Positions 51,173 to 61,123 are shown, numbered from the stretch's first letter. The stretch: DNA of 64,000 nucleotides from Alphaproteobacteria bacterium (GCA_965232515.1 CBDDPY010000002.1:4000001-4064000); one strand, 5' to 3'. The notes: generated by a model not told the origin, from the letters alone. Program-made: numbers and translations.

Positions 51173-51456
51173 GTAGAGATGGCATCCATGGGCCTGAACG
51201 GCGGGCGCGTTCTCTAGTCAGCAGGTTCGGATCGGCCCATTGCGGCCGGCGCCGGCCGCGTTTTTTTACATCCGCCGCGGCCCGTGTTAGGTTGCTCTCT
51301 CCAAGCCAACACGACGAACTCTGACCGGCGTCCCTCGGCGCGCGGGCGGCATGGCGTTCGCACGCCGCCTTCGCAGGGGACCGGTGGGAGGGCGACGTGC
51401 GGCCCGCGCGGGGCCGATGTGCAATCACAAGCGGTACGATACAGGGGGTCAAACCT

Positions 51457-52326
51457 GTGACCGACGACACTGTCTTTGAGGACATCAACGAAGCGAAAGC
51501 CGATCTGCATCACATCTACAACGAGCCCGATCCACGGGCCTATTTCCGCGAGCTGCGTAAGCTCGGCTACGCCATCCCCGGCGCCGCCAAGCCGATCTTC
51601 CGCAAGCTGATCGACGTCCTGGGCCGGCGCCAGGACGATCCGGTCCGCGTGCTCGACCTCGGCTGCTCCTATGGCGTCAACGCCGCGCTGCTCAAGCACG
51701 ACCTGTCGATGGACGCGCTCTACGACCACTGGGGACACAAACGGTTCGATGACGCCTCGCCCGACGAGGTCGCCGAATACGACCGGCAGTATTTCGCCAG
51801 CCTCGACGGCGGCGAGGACATCGAGGTGATCGGCCTCGACCAGTCGAAGAACGCCATTGCCTTCGCCGAGGAGGCCGGCTTGCTGGACGACGGCCTCGCC
51901 GTCGATCTCGAAACCGCGCCGCTGCCCGATGGCGCGCGGGACGATCTGACCCCGGTCGATCTGGTGACCTCGACCGGCTGTGTCGGCTACGTCACCGACA
52001 AGACCTTCGACCGCCTGCTGCCCGCCGTCACCAGCGGCCGCCCGTCCTGGCTCGCGAACTTCGTGCTGCGCATGTTTCCGTTCGAGGACATCGCCCGCAC
52101 GCTCGACGCGCGCGGCTACGTGACGGAAAAGCTCGCCGGCCGCACCTTCGTGCAGCGCCGCTTCGTTTCCGCCGACGAGCAGGACCAGGTCCTGGCGCAG
52201 CTGCGCGAGCAGGGCGTTGACCCCACCGGCAAGGAAGCCGACGGCCACCTGCACGCCGAGTTCTTCCTGTCCCGCCCCCGCTCGGACGCCGAAAAGCTGC
52301 CGCTCGAACGCCTGCTCGCCGCCTGA
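51457..52326 (+). CDS. Class I SAM-dependent methyltransferase-like protein
   Basis: VLDLGCSYGVNAAL, VIGLD and STGCVGYV. Confidence 0.8.
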   Translation: MTDDTVFEDINEAKADLHHIYNEPDPRAYFRELRKLGYAIPGAAKPIFRKLIDVLGRRQDDPVRVLDLGCSYGVNAALLKHDLSMDALYDHWGHKRFDDASPDEVAEYDRQYFASLDGGEDIEVIGLDQSKNAIAFAEEAGLLDDGLAVDLETAPLPDGARDDLTPVDLVTSTGCVGYVTDKTFDRLLPAVTSGRPSWLANFVLRMFPFEDIARTLDARGYVTEKLAGRTFVQRRFVSADEQDQVLAQLREQGVDPTGKEADGHLHAEFFLSRPRSDAEKLPLERLLAA

Positions 52327-52374
52327 CCCGGGCTGGCAGGCTGCTGAAAACGTCGCTATCCCAGGACAGCAATG

Positions 52375-52474
52375 CTTCGAGACGGCGCTTCGCGCCTCCT
52401 CAGCATGAGGTAAGGCATTGATATCAAATACGAACCTCATCCTGAGGAGCGGCCCGAAGGGACGCGTCTCGAAG
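52375..52474. repeat. REP-like palindromic element
   Basis: CTTCGAGACG...CTCCTCAGCATGAGG-spacer-CCTCATCCTGAGGAG...CGTCTCGAAG. Confidence 0.75.
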
Positions 52475-52511
52475 GATCGCCATGGGCGCTGCGCCCGTTT
52501 TCGGCAGCCTG

Positions 52512-54038
52512 CTAAACCCGCTTCGATGCCCAGCGCGCCACCAGCGGCAGGGCCTGCGCGGCCTCGGGGAAGACGTCCATGAACATGTCGCGGTACCAGG
52601 CCGTCTCCGCCGCCGCGCCGGCCGCCGCCGGCGCCGCCGCGGCCAGCAGCCTGTCGGTGCCGCTGCCCTGATCGAACTGGGCCTTGCGGCGCCAGACGAT
52701 GTCGTCGGGCAGCAGATCGGCGAAGGCGCGGCGCAGGATCCATTTCTCGATCCCGTCGCCGCCGTCGGCCGCCGCGCGCAGCTTCAGCGCCGGGTCGATG
52801 CGCATGGCGAGATCGATCATCTCCAGGTCGAGATAGGGCACCCGCGCCTCCAGCCCATGCGCCATGGTCATCCGGTCGACGCGCTGCAGGTTGATGTTGT
52901 GCATGGCCGTGATCGACCGGCGCAGCTCGCGGCCGAGCCGGGCGCCGTCGGCATAGTCCTTGTGGTAGGCGTAGCCGGCGAACAGCTCGTCGGCGCCCTC
53001 GCCGGTCAGCACCACCTTGACCCGCTGCGCCGCCTCGCGGGCGACGAACCAGGTCGGCGCCGCGCTGCGCACCAGGTCGGCGTCGAACGATTCCAGGTGG
53101 TAGAGGATCTCCGGCAGCGCCCGCAACAGCTCGTCGGCGGGGATCACGTATTCGTGGTGCGTGGCGCCGATATGCCGGGCGACATGGCGCGCCGCGGCAA
53201 GGTCGTCGCTGCCCTCCAGGCCGACCGCGAAGGTGTGCAGCCGGTCGAGATGCCGTTTGGCGAGCGCGGCGATGATGCTGGAATCGAGCCCGCCCGACAG
53301 GAATGCGCCCAGCGGCACGTCGCTGCGCAGCCGCTTCACCACCGCCCGCTCCAGCGTCGCGCGCAGGCGCGCCGCCGCCGCCGCCGGATCGGTGAGCGCC
53401 GCGGTCGGCGCCGGCACGGCGTAATAGGGCGTCAGGCCGGCGCCGACATCGCTATCGTCGCCATCATCACCGCCGTCGCCGATGCCACCATCGATGCCGC
53501 CGTCGAAGACATGGCCCGGCGGAAACTCGCTGAGCGTGTCGACGCGGCCGGTCAGCGCCTTGATCTCGGACGCGAGGTAGAGCGCGTCGTCGCGGCGGCC
53601 GATATAGAGCGGCTTGATGCCGATCGGGTCGCGCGCCGCCAGCACCCGGCCGCGGTCGCTCAGCACGAAAGCGAACATGCCGTCCAGGCGCCGCACGAAG
53701 TCCGGCCCGTGGGCGCGACAGCCGTGCAGGATCGGCTCGGAATCGCTGCCCGTGCGAAACGTCGCCGCCGGCGTCCCGGCGGCGAGATCCGCGCGCAGCA
53801 CCGCGTCGTTGTAGATCATGCCGTTGGCGATCAGCGCCGCCGCGCCGTCGGCGGTGGCGAGCGGCTGCGCGCCGCCTTCAGGATCGATGATCGCCAGCCG
53901 CTTGTGGCCCAGCACGCCGCCGGCGCGGTCCAGCCGCCGGCCCTCGCCGTCCGGCCCGCGATGGGCCAGCCGCTCGAGCATCTCGCCGACAATCCCCTCG
54001 CCCCCCGCCGCCCCGCGCACGAACGCAATCCCGCACAT
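52512..54038 (-). CDS. Asparagine synthase B-like amidotransferase
   Basis: MCGI, HRGPDG, LSGGLDSS, TGEGADELFAGY and EARVPYLD. Confidence 0.9.
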   Translation of the reverse strand: MCGIAFVRGAAGGEGIVGEMLERLAHRGPDGEGRRLDRAGGVLGHKRLAIIDPEGGAQPLATADGAAALIANGMIYNDAVLRADLAAGTPAATFRTGSDSEPILHGCRAHGPDFVRRLDGMFAFVLSDRGRVLAARDPIGIKPLYIGRRDDALYLASEIKALTGRVDTLSEFPPGHVFDGGIDGGIGDGGDDGDDSDVGAGLTPYYAVPAPTAALTDPAAAAARLRATLERAVVKRLRSDVPLGAFLSGGLDSSIIAALAKRHLDRLHTFAVGLEGSDDLAAARHVARHIGATHHEYVIPADELLRALPEILYHLESFDADLVRSAAPTWFVAREAAQRVKVVLTGEGADELFAGYAYHKDYADGARLGRELRRSITAMHNINLQRVDRMTMAHGLEARVPYLDLEMIDLAMRIDPALKLRAAADGGDGIEKWILRRAFADLLPDDIVWRRKAQFDQGSGTDRLLAAAAPAAAGAAAETAWYRDMFMDVFPEAAQALPLVARWASKRV

Positions 54039-54289
54039 CGCCCATCACCCCGCGCCCAAGACACCCACGCGGCCACCCCCACCGCCGCGCCGCCATCATA
54101 GGGACCAAGCCGTAATTGTCGAACGGCCCCTGCCGGGCCGCGGCGGCGAGAGGCCATCGAAACCGACGAACTGCTTCACACCTGCCGTGATCGGCACGTC
54201 GCGGCCTTTGCCGGACGCTTACCAACTGGTTCACGCAACGATTAGTGCACTGTCACCGTAATCGGCGTCCGACGGATCGAATTAGCGTT

Positions 54290-54526
54290 CTATTTTGGCG
54301 AATCGGGATCTTTCACCCAGACGGGGATGTCGGGACGAGTGAACCTCGCACCCGTGTTCGCTTGCATACAGTCCATCAGATATGGCGCCACGTCAGGTCT
54401 TTTCTCCAACGTGAGAGTTTCGCCCAGTTCTTGGGCAAACCATGCCACAGCGGTCGCATCGTCATTTGCATCAACCTGCATAAATGGATCGGTGAATGGC
54501 TCGCGCCACAGTCTGTAGACTGCCAT
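54290..54526 (-). CDS. Hypothetical protein (78 aa)
   Basis: AGGAGG RBS before ATG; no family recognised. Confidence 0.6.
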   Translation of the reverse strand: MAVYRLWREPFTDPFMQVDANDDATAVAWFAQELGETLTLEKRPDVAPYLMDCMQANTGARFTRPDIPVWVKDPDSPK

Positions 54527-54695
54527 GAAGCCCTCCTGCCAAGCCCCGTCACAATAGCCGCGTCAATCAGCGCAATCGCGAAACGCTACACTAGCGATGC
54601 AGTTAGTCTAAGCCTGAACTGCGCGCTCTCGATTTGACGATTTGGCACACCATCGTCGTTGTGGAAGAAAGAGCGAGAGGACCAATCGTTTGTGC

Positions 54696-55301
54696 TTAGG
54701 CGAGGCCCTGGGCAAGAAGAAATTTCGCCCAGAAGTCTTTTGCCACCGTGAACACATCGACAGCAGGTCGGTTGTCGCCGGCGGCATCCCTGATTTTGAG
54801 CCTATACGTCGTCGTTGTAGTTTCACGCCCCGATCCGTCAACGTTGGCCGTGCCCCGTACAGAGTTGGATAACAGGCTCGACGGTGCCGAAATCGTCGCG
54901 CTAGCTGTAGTTTCAACAACATCCGCCGGATAGAAATCTACCGTCATGTGCTTCGAGCCGTTGGCTACATCCTGGCATAGGCTTAGCTCAGGGCACTGCT
55001 GCCAAAGGAACCTTTTGAACCACATGGGCGGCATTCCCCGGTTCGCATCTGGTTTGGTTCTGGATGGTGACGTTGGTGCGACCAATAAATCTTGAGCCGA
55101 GACGTCGCTCTCGAACTTCGCCTTCCAACACCAGTCTACCAGGAGCCAAGCCGTGATCGCGGCATTAATGCCGTGGTCACTAATGCCATCACGTGAATGC
55201 GAAGCGCTTACTACGCGGGCAATCTCGCGCTCAAGCTTCGCAAGCATGCCGCGCGGCGCATCGAGCGCGAAAGATAAGCGTGCCGGCGTCGCCACGGCCA
55301 T
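54696..55301 (-). CDS. Hypothetical protein, possible HEPN-like fold
   Basis: Helical, with NAAITAW..VDW and CQDVANGSKH motifs. Confidence 0.65.
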   Translation of the reverse strand: MAVATPARLSFALDAPRGMLAKLEREIARVVSASHSRDGISDHGINAAITAWLLVDWCWKAKFESDVSAQDLLVAPTSPSRTKPDANRGMPPMWFKRFLWQQCPELSLCQDVANGSKHMTVDFYPADVVETTASATISAPSSLLSNSVRGTANVDGSGRETTTTTYRLKIRDAAGDNRPAVDVFTVAKDFWAKFLLAQGLA

Positions 55302-55405
55302 CAGATTTTACCTTATTGTCCACCGTCACTTCCGAAACCGACGCCACAGTCGGGATGACGGAAACCCTTAGCATCCACAATGATGCCGACGTATATCGGC
55401 GACCG

Positions 55406-56248
55406 TCAATCCGGATCGACTGTACCGGTATTGCCAAGAGCTTTTTGGTCCCGCTGCTCTATTCTATTGCGTTTGGTTTCGGGCAACGAATCGTAGACAG
55501 CCTGCACATGTTTGGGTTCGCTGATCATTTTCTCAGCAATCAGGTTGACGAGCCGGAAAAGAGTTTCTGCTGTCCCTCGGTCATCCTTCAAATCAATCTG
55601 CCCTGGATGAACCGCTTCATTGCCGATAACCCGAACAGCATCCAATGACTGTTGCACTCGCGTATCCAAGCCTTTTTTAACGAGGTCCCCGATCCTGTCG
55701 TCCAGAGACTTTCCTTTCGCGTTCAACTCGACGCAGATCTTTTCGATGCACAGTCGCAACAATGCGGCTGCACCACGCGGTGAAAGATCGAGGATCGATC
55801 GAGCTTCTTCATAATCCGCACTGATCTCATCGGACAAATCTTCGTTCGGCGGCGGGCCGGTCCTTTCGGGTGGGAATAGAAGTCGGTCATGCACCCAAAC
55901 TGCAATCTCTCCGCATGTATAACATTTGCTCAGATGGAGATTTGCCGCCTGAGTTTCGCTGTAGCAAGTAGCTGCTCCTATGAAGAACACCCTTCCCGTC
56001 AAGTGCTGCTTTATCTGCCTAAGCACCTGATCATAAAGCTCCTTGTCTGGATGAGGCGCCTTTTCTATTCGATGCAAATCGTCCTGATCAGGAACCGTAG
56101 GTAAGGCTCCCTTATCCTTCTTCTGGACGAACAAGCAATACCAATACTGGTGCGTAAAAGCTCCGCAATGGGGGCAGCTAAAGGCTTCGGCCCTAATTGA
56201 AGGTGCCGCAGGGCCTCTCGTGTTTGGTGTTTCTTCGATGTTAGACAT
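55406..56248 (-). CDS. Zn-ribbon plus DUF4145 (HEPN) domain protein
   Basis: CPHCG, CYTCG, SPRGAAALLRLCIE and RVIGNEAVHPG. Confidence 0.85.
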   Translation of the reverse strand: MSNIEETPNTRGPAAPSIRAEAFSCPHCGAFTHQYWYCLFVQKKDKGALPTVPDQDDLHRIEKAPHPDKELYDQVLRQIKQHLTGRVFFIGAATCYSETQAANLHLSKCYTCGEIAVWVHDRLLFPPERTGPPPNEDLSDEISADYEEARSILDLSPRGAAALLRLCIEKICVELNAKGKSLDDRIGDLVKKGLDTRVQQSLDAVRVIGNEAVHPGQIDLKDDRGTAETLFRLVNLIAEKMISEPKHVQAVYDSLPETKRNRIEQRDQKALGNTGTVDPD

Positions 56249-56710
56249 GGAACGTCATTTTCAGATGCTGCGGATCAAACCGATTCGGTTGGAAAACCAC
56301 ACAAATTGCACATCCCATGATTGTAGCATGGTCCGATCTCGAAGCCGTGATGTCGGCTACTCTGCCAACGGATATAGGATCCATATTCGAATTATTGTGA
56401 CAGTGCTGAACTACGGTGACAGTGCACTCAACTTAAACTGGTTATGAGTTCGCGCACCAATTTGTACACCATCAACGTAATCCAGGAAGCCAGCGCCGCC
56501 CTAGAAATCACCGGCGATAATCCGTGCCATCACATCGTCGTCGAGATTGATGGTCGTATCCGCGACGTTGATCTACGTTGCGATGATGGTACGCGTCTTT
56601 CTGATCGATTTTCTTTCGCCATCCAATTAGATTACTGTTGCCTTAATCTTCGGTCTTTCCTGCGTTAATCGGCTGAATCCCGCATACAATTCATCAATAT
56701 TTCGGTCGCT

Positions 56711-57808
56711 CTACAACAAGATCCAAATCAAAATAAAAAACACAATAATAAATATAAAGCACCCGTTCAAAAAACTCGAAATACCGCTTCGATCTTGAAT
56801 ATTTGATTTCAATACACGTTCAACTTTTCGTATTTCACGCGCCATCTCTCGATTCCAGTTTTTTGGCAAGCTAAGCTCAATTGTTTCTGTTACAATAACT
56901 GGCTCATCACCTTGGCCACTCGTGAGTTCGTCTATGTTTTCAACAATATGATCCAGTTTGTCTGGGATAACCGAAAACTTATCCGCTTGCGACCCAAGAC
57001 AATCCTGCAACAGAGAAACTAGGCGCTCAAATTCCTCCGAAACTCTAACAAATCGAGTTCTCTCCTCGTGATGAACAATCTGCCGCAAGTTTTCATGAAT
57101 GAGGCGGCAAGTATGGTGTATCTCTTCGATGTCTCCTGCTTCGCCTAGTTCACCCCAACTTGCTGTCAAGCGATCCAACAAGCTTTCCATGGGCCCGACT
57201 AAAGACGTCATTTCGGCCATCCGGGACCGCATCCATTCGATCACTTCTTCGTCGGGAATCGTTTCTAAGGGATGCGTGTAATAGCCTCTCCGTAGATCTT
57301 CCAACTGACGAAAGAGCGGACGATTGAGATGCCGCAATAGCTCTGCGGTTAATCGCCATTCCCATCCAGGCGGCTTATCAATGACTATCCGGCGAACAAC
57401 AGGCGGGTATTGCGAAAACTCGGAAAGTAACTCACCTTCCAATTCTGCTCGAACCAGGTCGCTCTTGTTTCTCAATTTTGACGCGATTCGTTTCTCGTGC
57501 TCTTCGCGCCATTTGAAAAGCAGATCTTCAGGATAAAGACCAGTGTCGTGATCGACCTTCTTGTGACAATTGCGGCATAGCCAAATAGCATTCGTTATCT
57601 CGCCGCGTGCGGCGTCAGACATTTCTGCGACGTAACGTGCGCTTCCAGCGCGAGCACCTCGAATATGAGCGGCTTCCCCAATTAGCGTCGCTTTGTTGGG
57701 ATCTGAATTAGGGCCGATAGTCGACACTCCGCAATCTGGATTCGAGCAACAGAATCCAGCGCGCTTTGCCAGTGTTTCAATTGTCTTATTGCTAAAATCT
57801 GGATTCAT
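56711..57808 (-). CDS. HNH endonuclease-domain protein with C-terminal TM helix
   Basis: CCSNPDC, GEAAHI and NAIWLCRNCHKKVD; hydrophobic tail FIFIIVFFILIWILL. Confidence 0.8.
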   Translation of the reverse strand: MNPDFSNKTIETLAKRAGFCCSNPDCGVSTIGPNSDPNKATLIGEAAHIRGARAGSARYVAEMSDAARGEITNAIWLCRNCHKKVDHDTGLYPEDLLFKWREEHEKRIASKLRNKSDLVRAELEGELLSEFSQYPPVVRRIVIDKPPGWEWRLTAELLRHLNRPLFRQLEDLRRGYYTHPLETIPDEEVIEWMRSRMAEMTSLVGPMESLLDRLTASWGELGEAGDIEEIHHTCRLIHENLRQIVHHEERTRFVRVSEEFERLVSLLQDCLGSQADKFSVIPDKLDHIVENIDELTSGQGDEPVIVTETIELSLPKNWNREMAREIRKVERVLKSNIQDRSGISSFLNGCFIFIIVFFILIWILL

Positions 57809-58019
57809 ACGAGTGCAAGATCGCTGATTAACCTAAAATCCTATCAGGCTTGCACCGAACTACCAAATATATTGATAATAAACATTTATCTTATCTATGT
57901 TATTATTTCATCTTATCTTCTTCACAATTCACTAAACGCAAGAGAACACCTCGCGTATTCGATTGATATACCAGTAGGTGCTGACCCCACTTTCATCCTG
58001 GCTGAGATGGCAATGCACT

Positions 58020-58113
58020 TTTCTTCGAGCGCCGTCGGTCGGACAGTCGTCCGCAGCGTAGTCACATATCGCAAGGGATTTGCGCCAGCTAGCGGCGAGA
58101 CGACGACCTTCAC
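58020..58113 (-). pseudogene. parE toxin remnant, N-terminal part, frameshifted
   Basis: GTGA overlap with the antitoxin; MKVVVSPLA, then LAICDYAADDCP in a shifted frame. 3' limit approximate. Confidence 0.6.
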
Positions 58114-58542
58114 GACGTGTGCTTTGGTGCCCGTTTCGCGATTTCCTCGGCGACCTTGTCAAGGTCGTAACAATCGTCCGGATGCGCATCGGCGTGTTCG
58201 ATCGCCGTCCGGATCTGCGCCTTTTTCCAGGCGAGATATTCGGGGTAGTCCGACTCCGGCTGCGGCGGCGTCGCCTCGTCGATTGTCCGCGGCTTGTCGT
58301 CCGGCATTGCTCGATCTCCGGGAATCACTAAGCCACGCACCGCCATCGATGCGTGCGCCATTCCTAAAGATCGCATATTTGTATTTCTAAGCAATCAATA
58401 AGCGTGGGAATTAGAGCGACGAACGCGCCGCCCAACCTTGGCGCCTTCGCGTCTTGGCGGTGAAAACCCGTTTGTTCTCTGCGCCTTCCCCGCCTCATCG
58501 GTTCCCCAAGCTTACTCCGCCGTCTCGGCCCGTTCCCCCGTC
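58102..58542. repeat. Diverged direct repeat of about 59438-59887 (mscS tail, spacer, antitoxin, toxin start)
   Basis: Alignable by eye across the whole segment, including the last 31 bp of mscS. Confidence 0.9.
58110..58307 (-). CDS. Putative antitoxin, copy 1
   Basis: GGAG RBS; EYLAWKKAQIRTAIEHADAHPDD; overlaps a parE-like start. Confidence 0.65.
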   Translation of the reverse strand: MPDDKPRTIDEATPPQPESDYPEYLAWKKAQIRTAIEHADAHPDDCYDLDKVAEEIAKRAPKHTS

Positions 58543-58557
58543 CACGGCAACGCATCC

Positions 58558-59244
58558 CTATTCAGGACGCCAAGCCCACGCCAAAGGTGGCGGCAAACGC
58601 CCAGCGCAATAATCAATGCGCAGCGTCCGACGACCTGTCAGCCGTGCCGACGTCCGAGAACGATGCAGCGTCAGCGCCTTGACAAAAAGAACATCGCCGC
58701 GCTGGGCCCGGCAGATCTCAAGCGGCGCGGATCCGGCGACAACATCCGCGTCTCCCGCCTTCACCCGCCCATGCGCATGGCTGCCGAGGGCCAGCTCAAG
58801 GCAACCGTTTTGCGCGTCGGCATCGTCGAGATGAACCCGCGCGAAAATCATGTCGCGCAGGAAGTCGATCGGCGGCTCGACATGCCAGACCCCGGCTTTC
58901 CTTGTCCAGGCGTGGAAGCCGTCAACATCGTGCCTTTCCCGCACCGCGATCACCCGGTCCTGATGCCACGGCACGTTCCAGTTCAGATCCGTGGACTTGT
59001 TGAAGACGACAACGCGCACCGGCACCGCGCCGGGCAGAAGGCGTCGCGCCAAGTCTGTCAACCCGCTCCCGACTCCGACCGTCCGCGCCAGACCTTCATT
59101 CCAGTCCAACCGCGCTCCCGGCGCACCCGACACCTCGCAGGCCCGGTCCAACAACCTGAGATCGTCCGCGCCCAGCGCGCCCCGAAACCAGACCCGGCCG
59201 TCGCGCTCAAGGGCGGTTTCATCTGAACAAAATGGCGCTCCCAT
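58558..59244 (-). CDS. PhyH family dioxygenase
   Basis: FNKS..NW.VPWHQD, RVHLDD, GSH and LHRS..RR.LRIDY. Confidence 0.85.
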   Translation of the reverse strand: MGAPFCSDETALERDGRVWFRGALGADDLRLLDRACEVSGAPGARLDWNEGLARTVGVGSGLTDLARRLLPGAVPVRVVVFNKSTDLNWNVPWHQDRVIAVRERHDVDGFHAWTRKAGVWHVEPPIDFLRDMIFARVHLDDADAQNGCLELALGSHAHGRVKAGDADVVAGSAPLEICRAQRGDVLFVKALTLHRSRTSARLTGRRTLRIDYCAGRLPPPLAWAWRPE

Positions 59245-59295
59245 GTTGTGCCCGTTAGGTCAGCGTCGTGACGAATTCGCCTAAATGCCTGGATG

Positions 59296-59346
59296 GAAGC
59301 CGGCGCGGGCTTCGTCCTCGACCATCTCCTTGATGCGGCAGGCGAG
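59296..59346. repeat. 51-bp copy of an mscS internal segment (59956-60006)
   Basis: 3 mismatches in 51 bp. Confidence 0.9.
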
Positions 59347-59349
59347 ACA

Positions 59350-59449
59350 TCAGGGCGCGTCCGGCCACTGTCGGCGTGTATGAATGATGCCAAGCATGCG
59401 GATCTGGTCCGGCTGAACGCGATAGACGACGCAATAGGACGACCTTCAC
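59350..59449 (-). pseudogene. parE toxin remnant with internal deletion (C-terminal part)
   Basis: MKVV joined out of frame to YCVVYRVQPDQIRMLGIIHTRRQWPDAP*, a typical ParE/RelE C-terminus. Confidence 0.75.
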
Positions 59450-59643
59450 GACGCGTGCTCAGATGCCCGTTTCTCGATTACCTCGGCAACCTCGTCGAGG
59501 TCATAGCAATCGTCCGGATGTGCATCCGCGTGTTCGATCGCCGCCCGGATTCGCACCTTTTTCCAGGCGAGATATTCGGGATCGTCCGACTCCGGCTGTG
59601 GCGTCGTCGCCTCGTCGATGGTCCGCGGCTTGTCGTCCGGCAT
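59446..59643 (-). CDS. Putative antitoxin, copy 2
   Basis: Paralogue of 58110-58307 with the same RBS. Confidence 0.65.
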   Translation of the reverse strand: MPDDKPRTIDEATTPQPESDDPEYLAWKKVRIRAAIEHADAHPDDCYDLDEVAEVIEKRASEHAS

Positions 59644-59856
59644 GGCTCGATCTCCGGAAATCATTGTACCACGCACCGCTGTCGATGCGTTTGCCACACC
59701 TTATGATCGTATATTTCTATTTCCAAGCAATCAATAAGAGCGCAACTTGCAGCGACGAAGGGGCTACTCTTTCTTGTCGTTCTTGGCGCCTTCGCGTCTT
59801 GGCGGTGAAAACCGTTTGTTCTCTGTGCCCTCGGCGCCCTCTGTGGTTCCCCAACC

Positions 59857-61029
59857 CTACTCCGCCGCCTCGGCCCGTTCCCCCGTCGGCGCTTCGAAGG
59901 CCTCGGGTTTGTCGAACGGCAGGGCCTCGACGTAGATCGAGCTCGACGGGAAGGCGAAGCCGGCGCCGGCTTCGTCCTCGACGATCTCCTTGATGCGGTA
60001 GGCGAGGCGTTCCTTGGCCTTCATCCACTCGCCCCAGTTCGTCGTCTTGGTGAAGCAGTAGAGCATGATGTCGATGCTGGAATCGTTGAACGAGTCCACG
60101 TGGATCAGCGTCGTCACGCGGGACCGGTCGGTCTCGAAATCGCCGTGTTCGTGGATGTAGCCGGTGATGCCGTCGACCACCTGGCGCAGCTGTTCCGTCG
60201 TCGTGCGGTATTCGAGGCCGATCTTCCAGTAGATCCGACGGTTGGTCATGCGGCTGAAATTGATCACCGCCTCGGAGGCGAGCTTGTTGTTGGGGATCGT
60301 CACCAGCGCCTTGTCGAAGCGGCGGATCTTGGTGGTGCGGAAGCCGATGTCCTCGACCGTGCCCTCGACATCGGGCGTGCGGATCCACTCGCCCTTCTCG
60401 AAGATATGGTCGAGGAAGATGCTGACGCCGGCGAACAGGTTGGCGATCAGGTTCTGGGCCCCGAAGGCGACGGCCATGCCGACGAGGCCGAGCCCGCCCA
60501 GCACGGCGGCGACGTTGAAGTCCCACTCCTCGAGCACGGCGACGATGCCGAGGCAGGCGATGACGAACTTGGCGAGCTTGGCGAAGAAGCCCTTCAGGCT
60601 GTCGCGCAGGCCGGTCGAGCCGAAGAGCGCCGTCGCCTTGTCCAGCAGGAACGACAGCGGGTCGACGCAGCGGTAGAGCGTCCAGAAGATCGTGAAGGCG
60701 ATCAGCGAGCGCACCAGCTTGTCGAGGATCTCCGTCACCTCGGTCGGGAACGGCGCCACGTGGCCGGCGGCATAGATGCCGATGATGACGAAGGCGAAGC
60801 GCAGCGGCTCGGACAAAGCCGCAATGATCTGGTCGTCGAGCGTGCTGCGGGTGCGCCGGGTCAGGACCTGCAGGAAGGCGATGATCGAGCGCGAGAACAG
60901 CCGGCGGGCGAACAGGAACAGGAAAAACACGGCGAGCGCGGTCAGGATCTCGCCGACGCTGACGCCGAGCACGCCCGTGCGCCAGACCGCCAGCACCTCC
61001 TGCCAGAATCCCTCGAATGTCTGCATCAC
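59857..61029 (-). CDS. mscS: MscS family mechanosensitive channel
   Basis: GLGLVGMAVAFGAQ, GTVEDIGFRTTKIR, IPN and FAFPS. Confidence 0.95.
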   Translation of the reverse strand: MMQTFEGFWQEVLAVWRTGVLGVSVGEILTALAVFFLFLFARRLFSRSIIAFLQVLTRRTRSTLDDQIIAALSEPLRFAFVIIGIYAAGHVAPFPTEVTEILDKLVRSLIAFTIFWTLYRCVDPLSFLLDKATALFGSTGLRDSLKGFFAKLAKFVIACLGIVAVLEEWDFNVAAVLGGLGLVGMAVAFGAQNLIANLFAGVSIFLDHIFEKGEWIRTPDVEGTVEDIGFRTTKIRRFDKALVTIPNNKLASEAVINFSRMTNRRIYWKIGLEYRTTTEQLRQVVDGITGYIHEHGDFETDRSRVTTLIHVDSFNDSSIDIMLYCFTKTTNWGEWMKAKERLAYRIKEIVEDEAGAGFAFPSSSIYVEALPFDKPEAFEAPTGERAEAAE

Positions 61030-61123
61030 ACCCCCGCGGTCCGCCCGCGCCTCTCGCTGTCGTTGCCGCCGTGCGTCCGGGCCACGCCCGTCACCCTTCC
61101 GGCCGCCGCCTTATTGGCCCGTC

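Larger units (their letters stand above)
54244..56428. mobile_element. Cassette bounded by perfect 17-bp inverted repeats, no transposase
   Basis: AGTGCACTGTCACCGTA (54244-54260) and TACGGTGACAGTGCACT (56412-56428); AT-richer interior. Confidence 0.55.

Noticed and set aside
56444-56700. 74-aa plus-strand ORF or decayed minus-strand gene
   Set aside because: No RBS or family signal; the minus frame has several stops and cannot be identified.
54244-59450. Integron cassette array (GTTAGGT near 59254)
   Set aside because: No paired RYYYAAC...GTTRRRY attC structures after the genes and no intI.
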